Shown piece by piece: positions 9,949-20,049 of a DNA stretch of 64,000 bases. The position numbers and the translations under genes are program-made. Positions within the stretch are counted from its first letter, which is position 1. The number at the start of each line of letters is the position of its first letter. The DNA is taken from assembly GCA_963742415.1 (NCBI GenBank), contig CAVULX010000002.1:96001-160000 (forward strand), in the 5' to 3' direction. The stretch comes from an uncultured Parachlamydiaceae bacterium. GTDB taxonomy: Bacteria > Chlamydiota > Chlamydiia > Chlamydiales > Parachlamydiaceae. Under the pieces are notes generated by a model, which did no database searches, had not been told where the DNA came from, and saw only the letters and a program-made list of their open reading frames with translations.

Positions 9949-11107
9949 AATACGCTTAGATTTTACCTGCAAGCAAGAAAAATATTTTCGCAAAGCCTGT
10001 GGAATAGCCCGCTTTGCATGGAATTGGGCCCTGGCAAAATGGGAAGAAATATATAAAGCTGGTGACAAACCAAATGCCTTAGAGCTTAAGAAAGAATTTA
10101 ATCGATTAAAAGAAAAAGAATTTCCTTGGGTATATGAAGTTACCAAATATGCATGTCAGCAGCCTTTTATTTACCTTCAAAGAGCTTTTCAATCGTTTTT
10201 TGAGAAAAAGACAAAATATCCGAGATATAAAAAAAAGGGAATTCACGACAGCTTTTACATAGGAGGAGATCAAGTTAAAATTATAGGAAAACAGGTAAAG
10301 ATTCCAAACCTAGGATGGGTTCGGTTGAGGGAATCTTTGCGATTTGAAGGCAAAATCAATGGTGCAACAATTTCAAGAGTAGCAGATTATTGGTTTATCA
10401 GTGTTAGTGTAGAGACAGATCAACGGCCTTCGCCATGCAAAAGCCAAGCAAGCGTGGGAGTAGATTTAGGTATTAAAAATTTGGCCACACTTTCAGATGG
10501 AAAAGTCATTCCAAATAATCAACCATTGAAACAGCAATTATATCGATTAAAACGCTACCAAAGGCGCTTAACGAAAAGACAAAAAGGCTCGCTAAATTGG
10601 CAAAAAGCAAAGAAGCGAGTGGCAAGATTGCATTACAAGATTGCATGCAATAGAAATGATGCATTGCATAAATTGACAACGATGCTGACTAACAATTATG
10701 GGAACATTAGTATCGAGGATCTAGAAATATCAAAAATGGTAAAAAATAAAAGATTATCAAGGCATATTCTAGATGGAGGCTGGTATGAATTTAGAAGGCA
10801 GCTTCAATACAAATCTGTGCTAAGAGGCAATAAAATTTTTGTTGCAGACAGATGGTATGCCTCATCAAAAAAATGTTCTTCATGTGGACATTATAAAGAA
10901 GATCTCGCTTTGTCAGAACGGGTGTATAACTGCATGGAATGCCAATTAGAAATCGATCGCGATTTGAATGCAGCTAAGTGCCTTGAAAAACTTATTAGTA
11001 CGGTAAGCTTTACCGGAATTAACGCCTGCGGACAAGACGGCTCTGTAATAATGCTCAAAACATCATTACAACCAGCTTGGATGAAGCAGGAACTAAGCCC
11101 TGTATAG
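9929..11107 (+). CDS. tnpB: RNA-guided endonuclease TnpB
   Basis: RuvC motifs GVDLG, IEDL and DRDLNAA; zinc finger CSSCG...CMEC. Confidence 0.95.
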   Translation: MATLTHKIRLDFTCKQEKYFRKACGIARFAWNWALAKWEEIYKAGDKPNALELKKEFNRLKEKEFPWVYEVTKYACQQPFIYLQRAFQSFFEKKTKYPRYKKKGIHDSFYIGGDQVKIIGKQVKIPNLGWVRLRESLRFEGKINGATISRVADYWFISVSVETDQRPSPCKSQASVGVDLGIKNLATLSDGKVIPNNQPLKQQLYRLKRYQRRLTKRQKGSLNWQKAKKRVARLHYKIACNRNDALHKLTTMLTNNYGNISIEDLEISKMVKNKRLSRHILDGGWYEFRRQLQYKSVLRGNKIFVADRWYASSKKCSSCGHYKEDLALSERVYNCMECQLEIDRDLNAAKCLEKLISTVSFTGINACGQDGSVIMLKTSLQPAWMKQELSPV

Positions 11108-11150
11108 AAATGTACAGATTTTAGAAAGCGGAATCTGTTCTGTTAATCCA
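10990..11150 (+). ncRNA. putative TnpB omega/reRNA of copy 1 (5' limit approximate) with flank-derived guide
   Basis: Hairpins CGGTAA-GCT-TTACCG (11001-11015) and TGTAATAATG...CATCATTACA in the tnpB 3' end/right end; compensatory change relative to copy 2. Confidence 0.6.
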
Positions 11151-11251
11151 ACGAGCCATTTTTAATCCTTTTGATAATGTTCATGAAAATGAACGTTATT
11201 TTGCTTAACGTTAAGAATTACGAACTTTATGCGAATGAGCAAATAAATTAA

Positions 11252-11350
11252 AAAAAAGAAGCTAGATTTTTTGAAATCAGCTCTTCTGAAATAGAGAGAA
11301 TGGCCTTAGCCTTTGATCATGAAGATCTTATAGAAGCTTTAACTTTCTAA
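11252..11350 (+). pseudogene. probable 3' remnant of a HipA-family toxin gene
   Basis: Translates KKEARFFEISSSEIERMALAFDHEDLIEALTF*, resembling the EIxRMxxAFxHEDLxxAL C-terminus of HipA-domain proteins (recognised from memory). Confidence 0.4.
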
Positions 11351-11481
11351 TGTTTACCTAAGGTGGCCCAAAAATTAGAATTTGGAGCTGCGTGAAAAGT
11401 TCAGTTTTTCTATTAGTTGCATTTTACAATAAAGAAATGTTTTAACATAATACGGACTAACTTGCAACCGCGGAGAAAAAC

Positions 11482-12611
11482 ATGAGTAGCATCACTTTGG
11501 GGATGGTTCAAACATTAGTGCTGGGAAGCTGTTCCTCTACAGAAAAATGCCCAATGAATGCGTATGAAATCACTTTAATAAAAGGAAGGGGTTTAGAAAA
11601 TGGAAAATTAAACGCCCTTAAACTTCGTTCCTTGGTGATGCATCTAGCAAAAGACAAAATCATTTACCAAGATGGCGTGACGGAAAAAGACTTTGATGAA
11701 AAGCGGGTGCGTGGAGCCAGAAAGGGTCAAATAATAACTCCATTACCGGAAGAAGTCTTATCTGAAATTTTTCATACTAACGAAAAAAAAAACTAAATTC
11801 TCCAAATAATCCTAGCAACATCAATAACTCCTGCCAAAATATAGAACTTTTCTACATTTACAACTCTTTCACTGGCATTGGAACAAACATAAAAGTCCCA
11901 GATAGATTTGTCGTTAGAGAAAAGGTAATAGAAAATTATGAAAATGAATTTGATAAAAAAATCAAAACATACGATTTGGGCAGGTTATTTGAAATGGCAA
12001 GAAAAAATGCATCTGATGTCCAAGAACCTAAATTGAATCATCCAGAATATGCAAATCTTACTTATATGAGCGAATCTAGTTATATCCGTGTTCTGGAAAG
12101 AAAAATTGATGACAGTTTCTATTCTAAATGTGCTGAAGACGACATAAATGATGCTAGAAAAAAACTTATAACCTTCATACAGAACACTTGGGCAAAATCT
12201 GCAGCCGCTGCAATGCAAGAAAACTCTAATTTAGAAAACAATAACCGGGAAACTTACTATATTTTCGATGAACTGCTTGGGTGGGGTTATAACAGAGAAA
12301 TCCCAAAAAGATTTTGTGCCCCGATAGAGAAAAAGGAATTTGTAATTATTAATGATGATTTTACAGAAATACTTGAAGATCTCAGTTTCAAGCAATTATT
12401 TGAAATGGCAAAAGAAAAAGGCACTGGCATCAGAGAAACTTATTTTAGTGAACGTGAATTTATTCTTCTTCTTGAAAAAGATCTTGATCGCGCAGAGTGG
12501 TATAAAATTGTTAATAGTTTTGATAAGCCTGATCCTCCCCATATTCAGAAAATCAAAAAAGAGATCAGAGAAAGACTCATCTTTTTCCTGCAAAAGGCAA
12601 ATATAAAATAA
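11482..12611 (+). CDS. hypothetical protein with a tandem-duplicated ~125-aa domain, frameshifted at an A10 run (11783-11792)
   Basis: The frame of the 11976 ORF is open back to the A-run; A8 or A11 would join 11482-11796 and 11976-12611 into ~376 aa. Confidence 0.7.
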
Positions 12612-12688
12612 TGGACTTCTTTCGAAATTCGCTTTGATTAGAAAAAAGAGTCATTTTAATAATCAAATGGAACTTCGAAAGAATTCTA
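12612..12688. repeat. imperfect palindromic element (MITE/RPE-like)
   Basis: TGGACTTCTTTCGAAATTC-GC-TTTGATTA ... TAATCAAA-TG-GAACTTCGAAAGAATTCTA. Confidence 0.5.
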
Positions 12689-12886
12689 ATATCGAATGGA
12701 TTTGGGCCAAATTCTGTTAAAAAACTGTATAAATAAACTTAAGAGGAAAGAGACGAACCATCTACCCTTTAAGTGTATTTGCACATTTTTACAGACCTCT
12801 CATTTTTATCTCCTAATTTCTTGCAGTGAGTTTCGCGCTGGTATATAATGTAAATTCTTAACTCATATAAAGTTGGGATCAGTCTT

Positions 12887-14257
12887 ATGAAATTACTCGT
12901 CATCGGCACCGGTTATGTAGGGCTTGTTACAGGCACCTGCTTCGCAGAAATGGGTCACCATGTCACCTGCTTAGATATAGACAAAAGTAAAGTGGATAAA
13001 CTCAACCAGGGGATCATCCCCATTTATGAACCAGGCCTCGAAGAAATGATCAAACGGAATGTCAAATCCCATAGGTTGACATTTTCCAGCGACGCTTCCT
13101 CCTCTTTTGCCGATGCTTTCGTTTACTTCGTCGCGGTCGATACCCCTGTATCCCCCGATGGACATGCCGATATGCGCTCTGTGCAAAATGTGGTCAAAAC
13201 GATCGCCCAAAATATGAGGGAATATCGGATCATTGTTCTCAAATCGACAGTGCCTGTTGGCACTTTTAAAATTGTCAACAACTTAATACGAGAGGCTCAA
13301 AAAGAACTCGGGCTTTCTGTCCCCTTTGATGTCATCTCCAATCCTGAATTTTTGAAAGAAGGCAATGCTGTCAATGATTTCATGAAACCCGACAGAATCA
13401 TTATTGGATCCGATAGCGAGCGGGCCATCTCCGCCATGAAAGAGATCTATTCCCCTTTCATGCTCAGCCACGATAGGCTGATCATCATGGATAACGCTTC
13501 AGCCGAAATGACCAAATATGCCGCCAACGCGATGCTTGCCACCCGTATCTCATTCATGAATGAGTTCGCAGCCCTTTGCGAAATTACAGGGGCGGACATT
13601 AATAAGGTGCGGAAAGGGATCGGATCGGATAAAAGGATTGGATACAACTTTTTGTACGCAGGCCCCGGTTTTGGCGGATCCTGTTTCCCTAAAGACCTCA
13701 AAGCCATTCAAGCCACGGGAAAATCCCTCGGCTTTCCTTTACAAATCATCGAAGCTGTCGATGCCGTCAACACACGTCAGAAGGGATTGATTTGTCAAAA
13801 GATAAATCACTATTTTTCTGCCCAGGGAGGCGTAAAAGGAAAAACAATCGGAATTCTCGGTTTGTCCTTCAAGCCCGATACGGACGACGTAAGAGAGTCT
13901 TCTTCCTTAACTCTCATTCAAGAACTTTTGAAGACAAACTGTCAATTGCGCCTGTACGATCCTGTAGCGATGGGCAATGCTAAAAAGGTTTTACCAAATT
14001 CTTCCTCAATCACCTGGTGCGAAAATGAGTTAGGCGCGGCTCAAGGGGCTGACGCTCTCGTTCTTATGACCGAATGGAAACAATTTCGTTACCTCGACTT
14101 TGAACAGATCTCATCCGTCATGAAAACTCAAGTGTTTTTCGACGGCCGCAATCAATACCATCCTCAAGATATCGTCAAGTATGGCTTTGATTATATCGGC
14201 ATCGGTCAAAAGCCCGTTTTTGCCGAAGAAATGCAACACAAAAAAATGAGCCTATGA
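12887..14257 (+). CDS. ugd: UDP-glucose 6-dehydrogenase
   Basis: IGTGYVGL, SNPEFLKEG, GFGGSCFPKD and FKPDTDDVRES motifs. Confidence 0.95.
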   Translation: MKLLVIGTGYVGLVTGTCFAEMGHHVTCLDIDKSKVDKLNQGIIPIYEPGLEEMIKRNVKSHRLTFSSDASSSFADAFVYFVAVDTPVSPDGHADMRSVQNVVKTIAQNMREYRIIVLKSTVPVGTFKIVNNLIREAQKELGLSVPFDVISNPEFLKEGNAVNDFMKPDRIIIGSDSERAISAMKEIYSPFMLSHDRLIIMDNASAEMTKYAANAMLATRISFMNEFAALCEITGADINKVRKGIGSDKRIGYNFLYAGPGFGGSCFPKDLKAIQATGKSLGFPLQIIEAVDAVNTRQKGLICQKINHYFSAQGGVKGKTIGILGLSFKPDTDDVRESSSLTLIQELLKTNCQLRLYDPVAMGNAKKVLPNSSSITWCENELGAAQGADALVLMTEWKQFRYLDFEQISSVMKTQVFFDGRNQYHPQDIVKYGFDYIGIGQKPVFAEEMQHKKMSL

Positions 14258-15171
14258 AACAAGCTGGCGACTTAAAAGCACCTCCTACCTTCTCAGTTGA
14301 CAACTATATGAAGTCAAAAAAAGGTGTTATAGAAAGCCGGTTGAAGGAACTCGTTCCAGAAGAAAAAAACGCTTACCGCTCCTTATTTGAAGCCGCACGC
14401 TATTCTCTCGTCAATGGAGGTAAAAGGATTCGCCCCATCTTGGCGCTCGCGACAACTGAAACCCTCGGCGGTCGTGAAGAATCAGCCCTCGTTCCGGCTT
14501 GCGCCCTTGAGATGATCCACACCTATTCGATGATTCACGATGACCTCCCCTGCATGGACAACGATGATTTCCGTCGCGGCAAGCCTACATTACATAAGAT
14601 TTACCCTGCAGGACACGCTGTCTTAACAGGAGATTTCTTATTGACATATGCTTTCCAAATCCTTGCAGAAGCTCCCCATCTTTCAGCGGATCAAAAAATC
14701 CAAATGATTCACGTTCTCGCCAAAAATGCGGGGGGCTCAGGCATGATTTCAGGTCAAATTATGGACATTGAAGCAGAAAACAAAATCCTCTCCCAAGACC
14801 ATTTGAATTTATTACACCAATATAAAACAGGCGCTTTACTTAAAGCCGCTGTTCTTTTTGGATGCATTGCTGCTGGAGCTGAAAAAAGGGTAGCGGACCA
14901 ACTAGAAATCTTTAGCGGAAATATCGGCTTGGCTTTTCAAATTGTGGACGATATCCTAGATGTGACTGCGAGCGAAGAAAAACACGGACGAAAGCTCCCA
15001 TCCGATGTCAACAACCATAAAACCACCTATGTCTCATCCTTGGGAATGGAGAAATCCCGCCAAACTGCTGACGCTCTACTGAAGTCTTCCTTAGAGATTC
15101 TACAAGGCCTTCCTTATAACACATCCTTGCTTGCCGGACTAGCAAAGTTCATCGTCCACCGAAATAAATAA
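14254..15171 (+). CDS. ispA: farnesyl diphosphate synthase / geranyltranstransferase
   Basis: GGKRIRP, IHDDLPCMDNDDFRRGKPT, KTGAL and FQIVDDILD motifs. Confidence 0.93.
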   Translation: MKQAGDLKAPPTFSVDNYMKSKKGVIESRLKELVPEEKNAYRSLFEAARYSLVNGGKRIRPILALATTETLGGREESALVPACALEMIHTYSMIHDDLPCMDNDDFRRGKPTLHKIYPAGHAVLTGDFLLTYAFQILAEAPHLSADQKIQMIHVLAKNAGGSGMISGQIMDIEAENKILSQDHLNLLHQYKTGALLKAAVLFGCIAAGAEKRVADQLEIFSGNIGLAFQIVDDILDVTASEEKHGRKLPSDVNNHKTTYVSSLGMEKSRQTADALLKSSLEILQGLPYNTSLLAGLAKFIVHRNK

Positions 15172-15273
15172 TACTACTAGGATAAGCAGATAAATATCCC
15201 GATTTTGAAGATGTGTTGACATTAATAATTTAAGTTTCTACATTGCATTTTTTATTTTACTTGGAGGCAAGAT

Positions 15274-17379
15274 ATGACTTCTACAAGCAGTGTAACACCC
15301 GTTCAACCAGCGATTTGTCCTAACCCTAATCCATTACCACCTAACCCAGAGCATTGTCGAAATGTTGACTTGAAAGGATCTAATGATGCATCTCCACAAA
15401 TATCTGATGATGCATCACCACAAGTAGTTGTAAGCCCCCCAAAAGACGTATCAGTGTTGCTTACCGAAGAAGAGCAAGCCCGCGGATTAAAGCCCTGGAT
15501 GAAAGGATTTACTAAGACCTTACCCCCTCTTCCAGTGGATCATTACTCAAACGCCCGCCCGACAGAAGCCAAAACAACACACATGAGGTGGTACATTGAA
15601 GACTTTGACTTTGAAGCAAAAAAAATGACTGCAGAGGTGGAATACGATTATAAAAATATGAAACAAGAGGTGGTCGATCAAATAATACTTGATGTCAAAA
15701 ATCTAAGTATTTCATCCGTTACAGTAAATGGCCAAGAATTATCATCAGATCAATGGAGTGTGGAAAAAACAGGAGAATACCGGACCCAAGCGTTAAAAAT
15801 ACCAATACCAAAAGGGCAACAAATCGGAAAAATTTCAATTAAGTACAGCACCTCACCCGATGCTACTGGCCTTTTCTGGAGGTCTCCTGAAATGACGGAT
15901 AGTAAAAAATTTCCGATGCTGTTTACCCAAGCTGAATTTATTGATGGCCCCAGCTTTCTTCCAGGACAACATTCTCCCCAAGTCCGGATGACTTATGACC
16001 TCTGTATCAACACCGGAAGTGATGATTTAATGGCTGTAGCTAGTGCTGTTGACAACCCTGCTGAACGGAGCGATTCAGGCATCTATACGATGAAAATGCC
16101 TAATCGGATCCCTCTCTATTTGTTGGGAATTGCAGTGGGACATTTTGAGTACAAACCTTACGATGATCGTTGCGGGATCTACGCTGAAATCTGTAACTCA
16201 TCCACTGCTTATTCTAGATTCATACAACTCCCAAAATTTATTGCTAAAGCTGAGAGTCTCTTAGGGCCCTACCAATGGCAATGTTATAAGCCGATTTTGC
16301 TAACAGTGGCTTACCCTTTCGGGGCTATGGAGCATGCTTGCGCTAGCTTTTTAGGCGGGGATTGCATCGATCGGATCGAAGTGCTCATCCACGAACTCGC
16401 CCACGCATGGTCGGGAAACTGGGTCACCAATGCAAATTGGCTCGAATTCTTTTTCAACGAAGGGCTGACTTCTTATGTGGAATACAGAATCTGCGCGGAA
16501 TGCATTTCCCAAGATTACGCCTTGATGAACGTACAAACTAACCTAGATCACATGCGCGCAGAAGCGGAAAAGTGCAAGCAGGACGGGAATACGGAAAGTT
16601 TAAAACTTTGTGGAAACTTCCAAAATCAAGACCTTCACATCAGTTTAATCCCCTATGGAAAAGGGCAGCTCTTTTTTATGATGCTGGAATCAGCCATGGG
16701 TAGGGAAAAATTTGACCGGTTTTTGAAAGATTACATCGAAGTTTTTGCCCTCAAGTCGATGTGTAAGGAATGGTTTCTCGCATTTTTGAAAACATGGATC
16801 GAAAATAGCCTGCCAACAACGAATTATGCTGATTTTATGAGTAACAATAAAGTTGAAGAGTGGCTTACAGGCACTGAAATGCCTGAGAATGCTCCAAAAA
16901 TCCAAAGCAAACTTCTGGATAAAATCAACATGGCAGCCGAAAAAGCGATCCACGGGGAAGTGATGGTGGATGAGCTGAAGTCATTCAATGCAGTCATGAC
17001 GAGAACTTTCCTGAGGATGCTGGTGGGAAAAATCAGCAAAGAAAATATTGAAAAACTGGAAAAAGAAGGGATGTACTCTTCAGCCGAAAATGAAACTGTG
17101 CGTTACAGTCAGTTAAATGATTTTATTGTAAGAGGCGCCTGGGCCCAACTTTGTGCATCGGCTGGATATTTGACGGATGATTCTAAAAAATTAATTAAAG
17201 ATTTTGTGATTGCGAGAAATAGTCTGTTTTATGCCAATAATATTGTATCTGGACTCATCAAAACAGAGGAAGGGATTGAATTGGCAAAATCTATCCTGGA
17301 GCAAGGTAAAGATGAGCTTTATCCTGCTACAAAAAAAGTTATTGAAGACAATCTAGCCAAAATTAACAACCCGACATGA
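15274..17379 (+). CDS. M1 family zinc aminopeptidase (leukotriene A4 hydrolase-like) with low-complexity N-terminal extension
   Basis: GAMEH exopeptidase motif; HELAH-x18-E (FFNEG); PYGKG. Confidence 0.9.
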   Translation: MTSTSSVTPVQPAICPNPNPLPPNPEHCRNVDLKGSNDASPQISDDASPQVVVSPPKDVSVLLTEEEQARGLKPWMKGFTKTLPPLPVDHYSNARPTEAKTTHMRWYIEDFDFEAKKMTAEVEYDYKNMKQEVVDQIILDVKNLSISSVTVNGQELSSDQWSVEKTGEYRTQALKIPIPKGQQIGKISIKYSTSPDATGLFWRSPEMTDSKKFPMLFTQAEFIDGPSFLPGQHSPQVRMTYDLCINTGSDDLMAVASAVDNPAERSDSGIYTMKMPNRIPLYLLGIAVGHFEYKPYDDRCGIYAEICNSSTAYSRFIQLPKFIAKAESLLGPYQWQCYKPILLTVAYPFGAMEHACASFLGGDCIDRIEVLIHELAHAWSGNWVTNANWLEFFFNEGLTSYVEYRICAECISQDYALMNVQTNLDHMRAEAEKCKQDGNTESLKLCGNFQNQDLHISLIPYGKGQLFFMMLESAMGREKFDRFLKDYIEVFALKSMCKEWFLAFLKTWIENSLPTTNYADFMSNNKVEEWLTGTEMPENAPKIQSKLLDKINMAAEKAIHGEVMVDELKSFNAVMTRTFLRMLVGKISKENIEKLEKEGMYSSAENETVRYSQLNDFIVRGAWAQLCASAGYLTDDSKKLIKDFVIARNSLFYANNIVSGLIKTEEGIELAKSILEQGKDELYPATKKVIEDNLAKINNPT

Positions 17380-17403
17380 ACCAAAGAAATTATTAACAAC
17401 CAT

Positions 17404-17492
17404 ATGGACGAGATGGGCAAAATGATCATGAATGGAAACCATTGCCCCTTATGTCTGTCCATCTCGTCCATGTAGTCCATTTTGTCCATTCT
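17404..17492. repeat. inverted repeat plus four 9-bp GTCCATnnn tandem units
   Basis: ATGGACGAGATGGGCA (17404-17419) / TGTCCATCTCGTCCAT (17456-17471); units GTCCATCTC GTCCATGTA GTCCATTTT GTCCATTCT. Confidence 0.7.
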
Positions 17493-17566
17493 AAAACCTC
17501 CCGGAAGGGAGGTCAGTGGGGAGCCCCGCGTGAAACGAGCGAAGCGAATGAAACCTGGGGAAACTC

Positions 17567-17679
17567 TTCTTTTTTGTTTTACCGGGAGACGAAACGCAAA
17601 TCCAAGAACTCTATTCAAGATGGCATGCGGGGCCAAAGTTTTAATCGTCCGATAAGCATTTGTTTGGCAGTTCGAATGT
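17567..17679 (-). repeat. displaced duplicate of the ribF 3' end and downstream flank
   Basis: 113 bp matching 20464-20576 with 5 mismatches by eye. Confidence 0.92.
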
Positions 17680-17936
17680 ATTTCAGATCAAACATATATT
17701 CAAGTAATTGGCTTTTTAATTCGCTTTTGATTAATACAATAAATTTTAAGTAAAAAACAAATGAATTAAATTTAATTCTAAATTAAAACTCACAAATAAA
17801 AAGAATATGTTTCCAATAAATCTTTCAAGTTCAAGCGATAGCTTTAAAAATATTTGTACCCAGCTAAGCCGCTTTGGAGAAAAAGGGTTAATAACAGCTT
17901 GATAAAATCTATACAAATCTGATAATATCTACTCAT

Positions 17937-18557
17937 ATGAGTAGATTTGTTAAGATTGGCAAAGCAGCAGAAATATTAGGTGTTTCTGTTCAAACTTTGA
18001 GGCGGTGGGAATTGCAAGGATCACTTAAGCCCGACCGCCGAAGTTCTGGTAAAACACGATATTATAATTTAGACAAGCTATTAGGATTAAAATTCCCTAA
18101 AAGCGATCTAACAATTGGCTATGCGAGAGTTTCAAGCCACGACCAAAAAGAAGATTTAGTAAGACAAACCAAATTGCTTTCTTCCTTCTGTACCTCACAT
18201 GGATGGGACCATGAAATCATTCAAGATCTTGGATCCGGAATGAATTATTATAAAAAGAGCTTGAAAAAGCTTTTAGATTTGATTTTAGACAAAAAAATCC
18301 GAAGATTGGTTTTAACTCATAAAGATCGCTTGCTTCGATTTGGGGCAGAGCTTATATTTGCACTCTGTCAAGCACGCCAAGTTGAAGTAGTCATCATCAA
18401 TCAAGGTGATGATGTTTCTTTTGAAGAAGAACTTGCCAAAGATGTATTGGAGATTATTACAGTATTTTCTGCAAGATTATATGGGGCGAGAAGCCACAAA
18501 AATAAAAAGCTTGTTGAAGCAGCTAGGGTTTTAGTTAATGGCAACGCTCACACATAA
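17937..18557 (+). CDS. tnpA: IS607 serine recombinase transposase
   Basis: 7 aa differences from copy 1; YARVSS intact. Confidence 0.95.
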   Translation: MSRFVKIGKAAEILGVSVQTLRRWELQGSLKPDRRSSGKTRYYNLDKLLGLKFPKSDLTIGYARVSSHDQKEDLVRQTKLLSSFCTSHGWDHEIIQDLGSGMNYYKKSLKKLLDLILDKKIRRLVLTHKDRLLRFGAELIFALCQARQVEVVIINQGDDVSFEEELAKDVLEIITVFSARLYGARSHKNKKLVEAARVLVNGNAHT

Positions 18558-19716
18558 AGTACGCTTAGATTTTACCTGCAAGCAAGAAAAATATTTTCGC
18601 AAAGCCTGTGGAATAGCCCGCTTTGCATGGAATTGGGCCCTGGCAAAATGGGAAGAAATATATAAAGCTGGTGGCAAACCAAATGCCTTAGAGCTTAAGA
18701 AAGAATTTAATCGATTAAAAGACAAAGAATATCCTTGGGTATACGAAGTTACCAAATATGCTTGTCAACAGCCTTTTATTTACCTTCAAAGAGCTTTTCA
18801 ATCGTTTTTTGAGAAAAAGACAAACTATCCGAGATATAAAAAAAAGGGAATTCACGACAGCTTTTACATAGGAGGAGATCAACTTAAAATTATAGGAAAG
18901 CGGGTGAAGATTCCAAACCTAGGTTGGGTTCGGCTGAGGGAATCTTTGCGATTTGTAGGCAAAATCAATGGTGCAACAATTTCAAGAGTAGCAGATTATT
19001 GGTTTATCAGTGTTAGTGTAGAGACAGATCAACGGCCTTCGCCATGCAAAAGCCAAGCAAGCGTGGGAGTAGATTTAGGTATTAAAAATTTGGCCACACT
19101 TTCAGATGGAAAAGTCATTCCAAATAATCAACCATTGAAACAGCAATTATATCGATTAAAACGCTACCAAAGGTGCTTAACAAAAAAACAAAAAGGCTCG
19201 CTAAATTGGCAAAAAGCAAAGAAGCGAGTGGCCAGATTGCATTACAAGATTGCATGCAATAGAAATGATGCATTGCATAAATTGACAACGATGCTGACTA
19301 ACAATTATGGGAACATTAGTATCGAGGATCTAGAAATATCAAAAATGGTAAAAAATAAAAGATTATCAAGGCATATTCTAGATGGAGGCTGGTATGAGTT
19401 TAGAAGGCAGCTTCAATACAAATCTGTGCTAAGAGGCAGTAAAGTTTTTGTTGCAGATAGATGGTATGCCTCATCAAAAAAATGTTCTTCATGTGGAAAT
19501 TATAAAGAAGATCTCCCTTTGTCAGAACGGGTGTATAACTGCATGGAATGCCAATTAGAAATCGATCGCGATTTGAATGCAGCTAAGTGTCTTGAAAAAC
19601 TCATTAGTACGGCAAGCTTTGCCGGAATTAAAGCCTGCGGACAAGACGGCTCTGTAATAATGCTCAAAACATCATTACAACCAGCTTGGATGAACCAGGA
19701 ACTAAGCCCTGTATAG
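18538..19716 (+). CDS. tnpB: RNA-guided endonuclease TnpB
   Basis: RuvC D-E-D triad and zinc finger intact. Confidence 0.95.
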   Translation: MATLTHKVRLDFTCKQEKYFRKACGIARFAWNWALAKWEEIYKAGGKPNALELKKEFNRLKDKEYPWVYEVTKYACQQPFIYLQRAFQSFFEKKTNYPRYKKKGIHDSFYIGGDQLKIIGKRVKIPNLGWVRLRESLRFVGKINGATISRVADYWFISVSVETDQRPSPCKSQASVGVDLGIKNLATLSDGKVIPNNQPLKQQLYRLKRYQRCLTKKQKGSLNWQKAKKRVARLHYKIACNRNDALHKLTTMLTNNYGNISIEDLEISKMVKNKRLSRHILDGGWYEFRRQLQYKSVLRGSKVFVADRWYASSKKCSSCGNYKEDLPLSERVYNCMECQLEIDRDLNAAKCLEKLISTASFAGIKACGQDGSVIMLKTSLQPAWMNQELSPV

Positions 19717-20049
19717 AAGTGTACAGATTTTAGGAAGCGGTGTGAACGTATTCAAATAGCAAAAACTGATTTAGGGTATATTCCATGTGCGGTATCTTCA
19801 TCAAAAGATTGGATAGAGAAGATCTTATCTATTTTTCGATATAAAACGAGAGACCGCCGTTTAAAAGAAGTAGCCAATTTTTCTTTGAATTGGCTGAGAG
19901 CTCATGCTTTACAATATAACAAAGAATTACAATATAACAAAGAATTCCATAGTCAAATTACTGAGATTAAAAATTTGCGACCATTAATGACAAAAGCGAA
20001 TCTTGGTGACGATTTTGATGCTCTTATCTCTTCAAATGTTGATGATATA

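Larger units (their letters stand above)
9277..11131 (+). mobile_element. IS607-family element, copy 1 (1855 bp including both GG cores)
   Basis: tnpA+tnpB; boundaries set by alignment with copy 2; GG at both ends, no terminal IRs. Confidence 0.93.
17886..19740 (+). mobile_element. IS607-family element, copy 2 (1855 bp)
   Basis: Near-identical to copy 1; same GG-delimited ends. Confidence 0.93.

Noticed and set aside
17319-17753. ORFs 17319-17636, 17442-17753 and 20387-20701 as genes
   Set aside because: By-products of the ribF 3' duplication and local repeats
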